Below, piece after piece: positions 63,801 through 64,000 of a stretch of DNA of 64,000 nt. The stretch is from the NCBI GenBank assembly GCA_050015075.1, contig JBEKCB010000020.1, positions 25,410 to 89,409 on the forward strand. Direction: 5' to 3'. The position numbers and the translations under genes were made by a program. Positions within the stretch are counted from its first letter, which is position 1; each line of letters begins with the position of its first letter. The stretch comes from Candidatus Brocadiia bacterium. GTDB taxonomy: Bacteria > Planctomycetota > Brocadiia > CAIUPP01. A model generated the notes under the pieces. It was not told where the DNA came from. It ran no database searches and was given only the letters and a program-made list of their open reading frames with translations.

Positions 63801-63886
63801 GTCATTCTGAGCGCAGCAAAGAATCTCACACGCTGCGCTCCTGCAGCGGCTGATGGTGTGAGATGCTTCGCTACGCTCAGTTATGA
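63801..63886. repeat. GTCATTCTGAGC-type palindromic repeat pair
   Basis: GTCATTCTGAGCGCAGCAAAGAATCTCACAC ... GTGTGAGATGCTTCGCTACGCTCAG; same family as 15894-15979. Confidence 0.75.
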
Positions 63887-63958
63887 TGAAGGCCGTTCCT
63901 CCTGCGAAGGAGTACAATCCTTCGCGGCAGAAACATTTCTCTGATAGGAGGAACGGCC

Positions 63959-64000
63959 ATGAGTCATCGTACTTGGAAGTTGGGGAATGTCAAGTCGGCG
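63959..64000 (+). CDS. 5' start of an unidentified gene, truncated by the window
   Basis: AGGAGG RBS, ATG, upstream TACAAT. Confidence 0.55.
   Translation, partial: MSHRTWKLGNVKSA

Overview
High-GC bacterial chromosome segment. The gene content suggests the PVC superphylum, most likely Planctomycetota, but this is an inference. From left to right: (1) a leftward MoxR AAA+/DUF58/BatA-vWA/vWA-GATase-like/large membrane protein operon headed by a CBM9-like secreted protein, divergent from a prenyltransferase-repeat protein and a TIGR03790-like protein. (2) A heterogeneous accessory region (~15.9-25.2 kb) with an orphan DUF2442 gene behind a DUF4160 remnant, an Imm32-like gene, a Zn-ribbon membrane protein and a Thr-type sulfatase-fold gene. 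The last three each sit behind a copy of the same ~100-bp promoter-bearing element. The region also encodes secreted propeller-like and WCPPC thioredoxin proteins. (3) FkbM, a transglutaminase-like protein, a second CBM9-like paralog, GGDEF, PfkB and URO-D genes. (4) Two tandem, probably leaderless TMTC-like GT-C/TPR paralogs, a double DUF3857-transglutaminase protein and a PAS/coiled-coil protein with seven 56-aa repeats. (5) An ECF sigma/zinc anti-sigma/Spy-like module directly upstream of a T2SS-like gspEFGHIJKLM-C-D cluster whose subunits carry Ser/Thr-rich inserts. (6) A methyltransferase and phoU. Several small palindromic repeat families are dispersed through the window, and the hexamer RTCGAY is strongly avoided. 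No rRNA, tRNA, CRISPR array, integrase or transposase was recognised. All family calls come from motif recognition by eye, not database searches.
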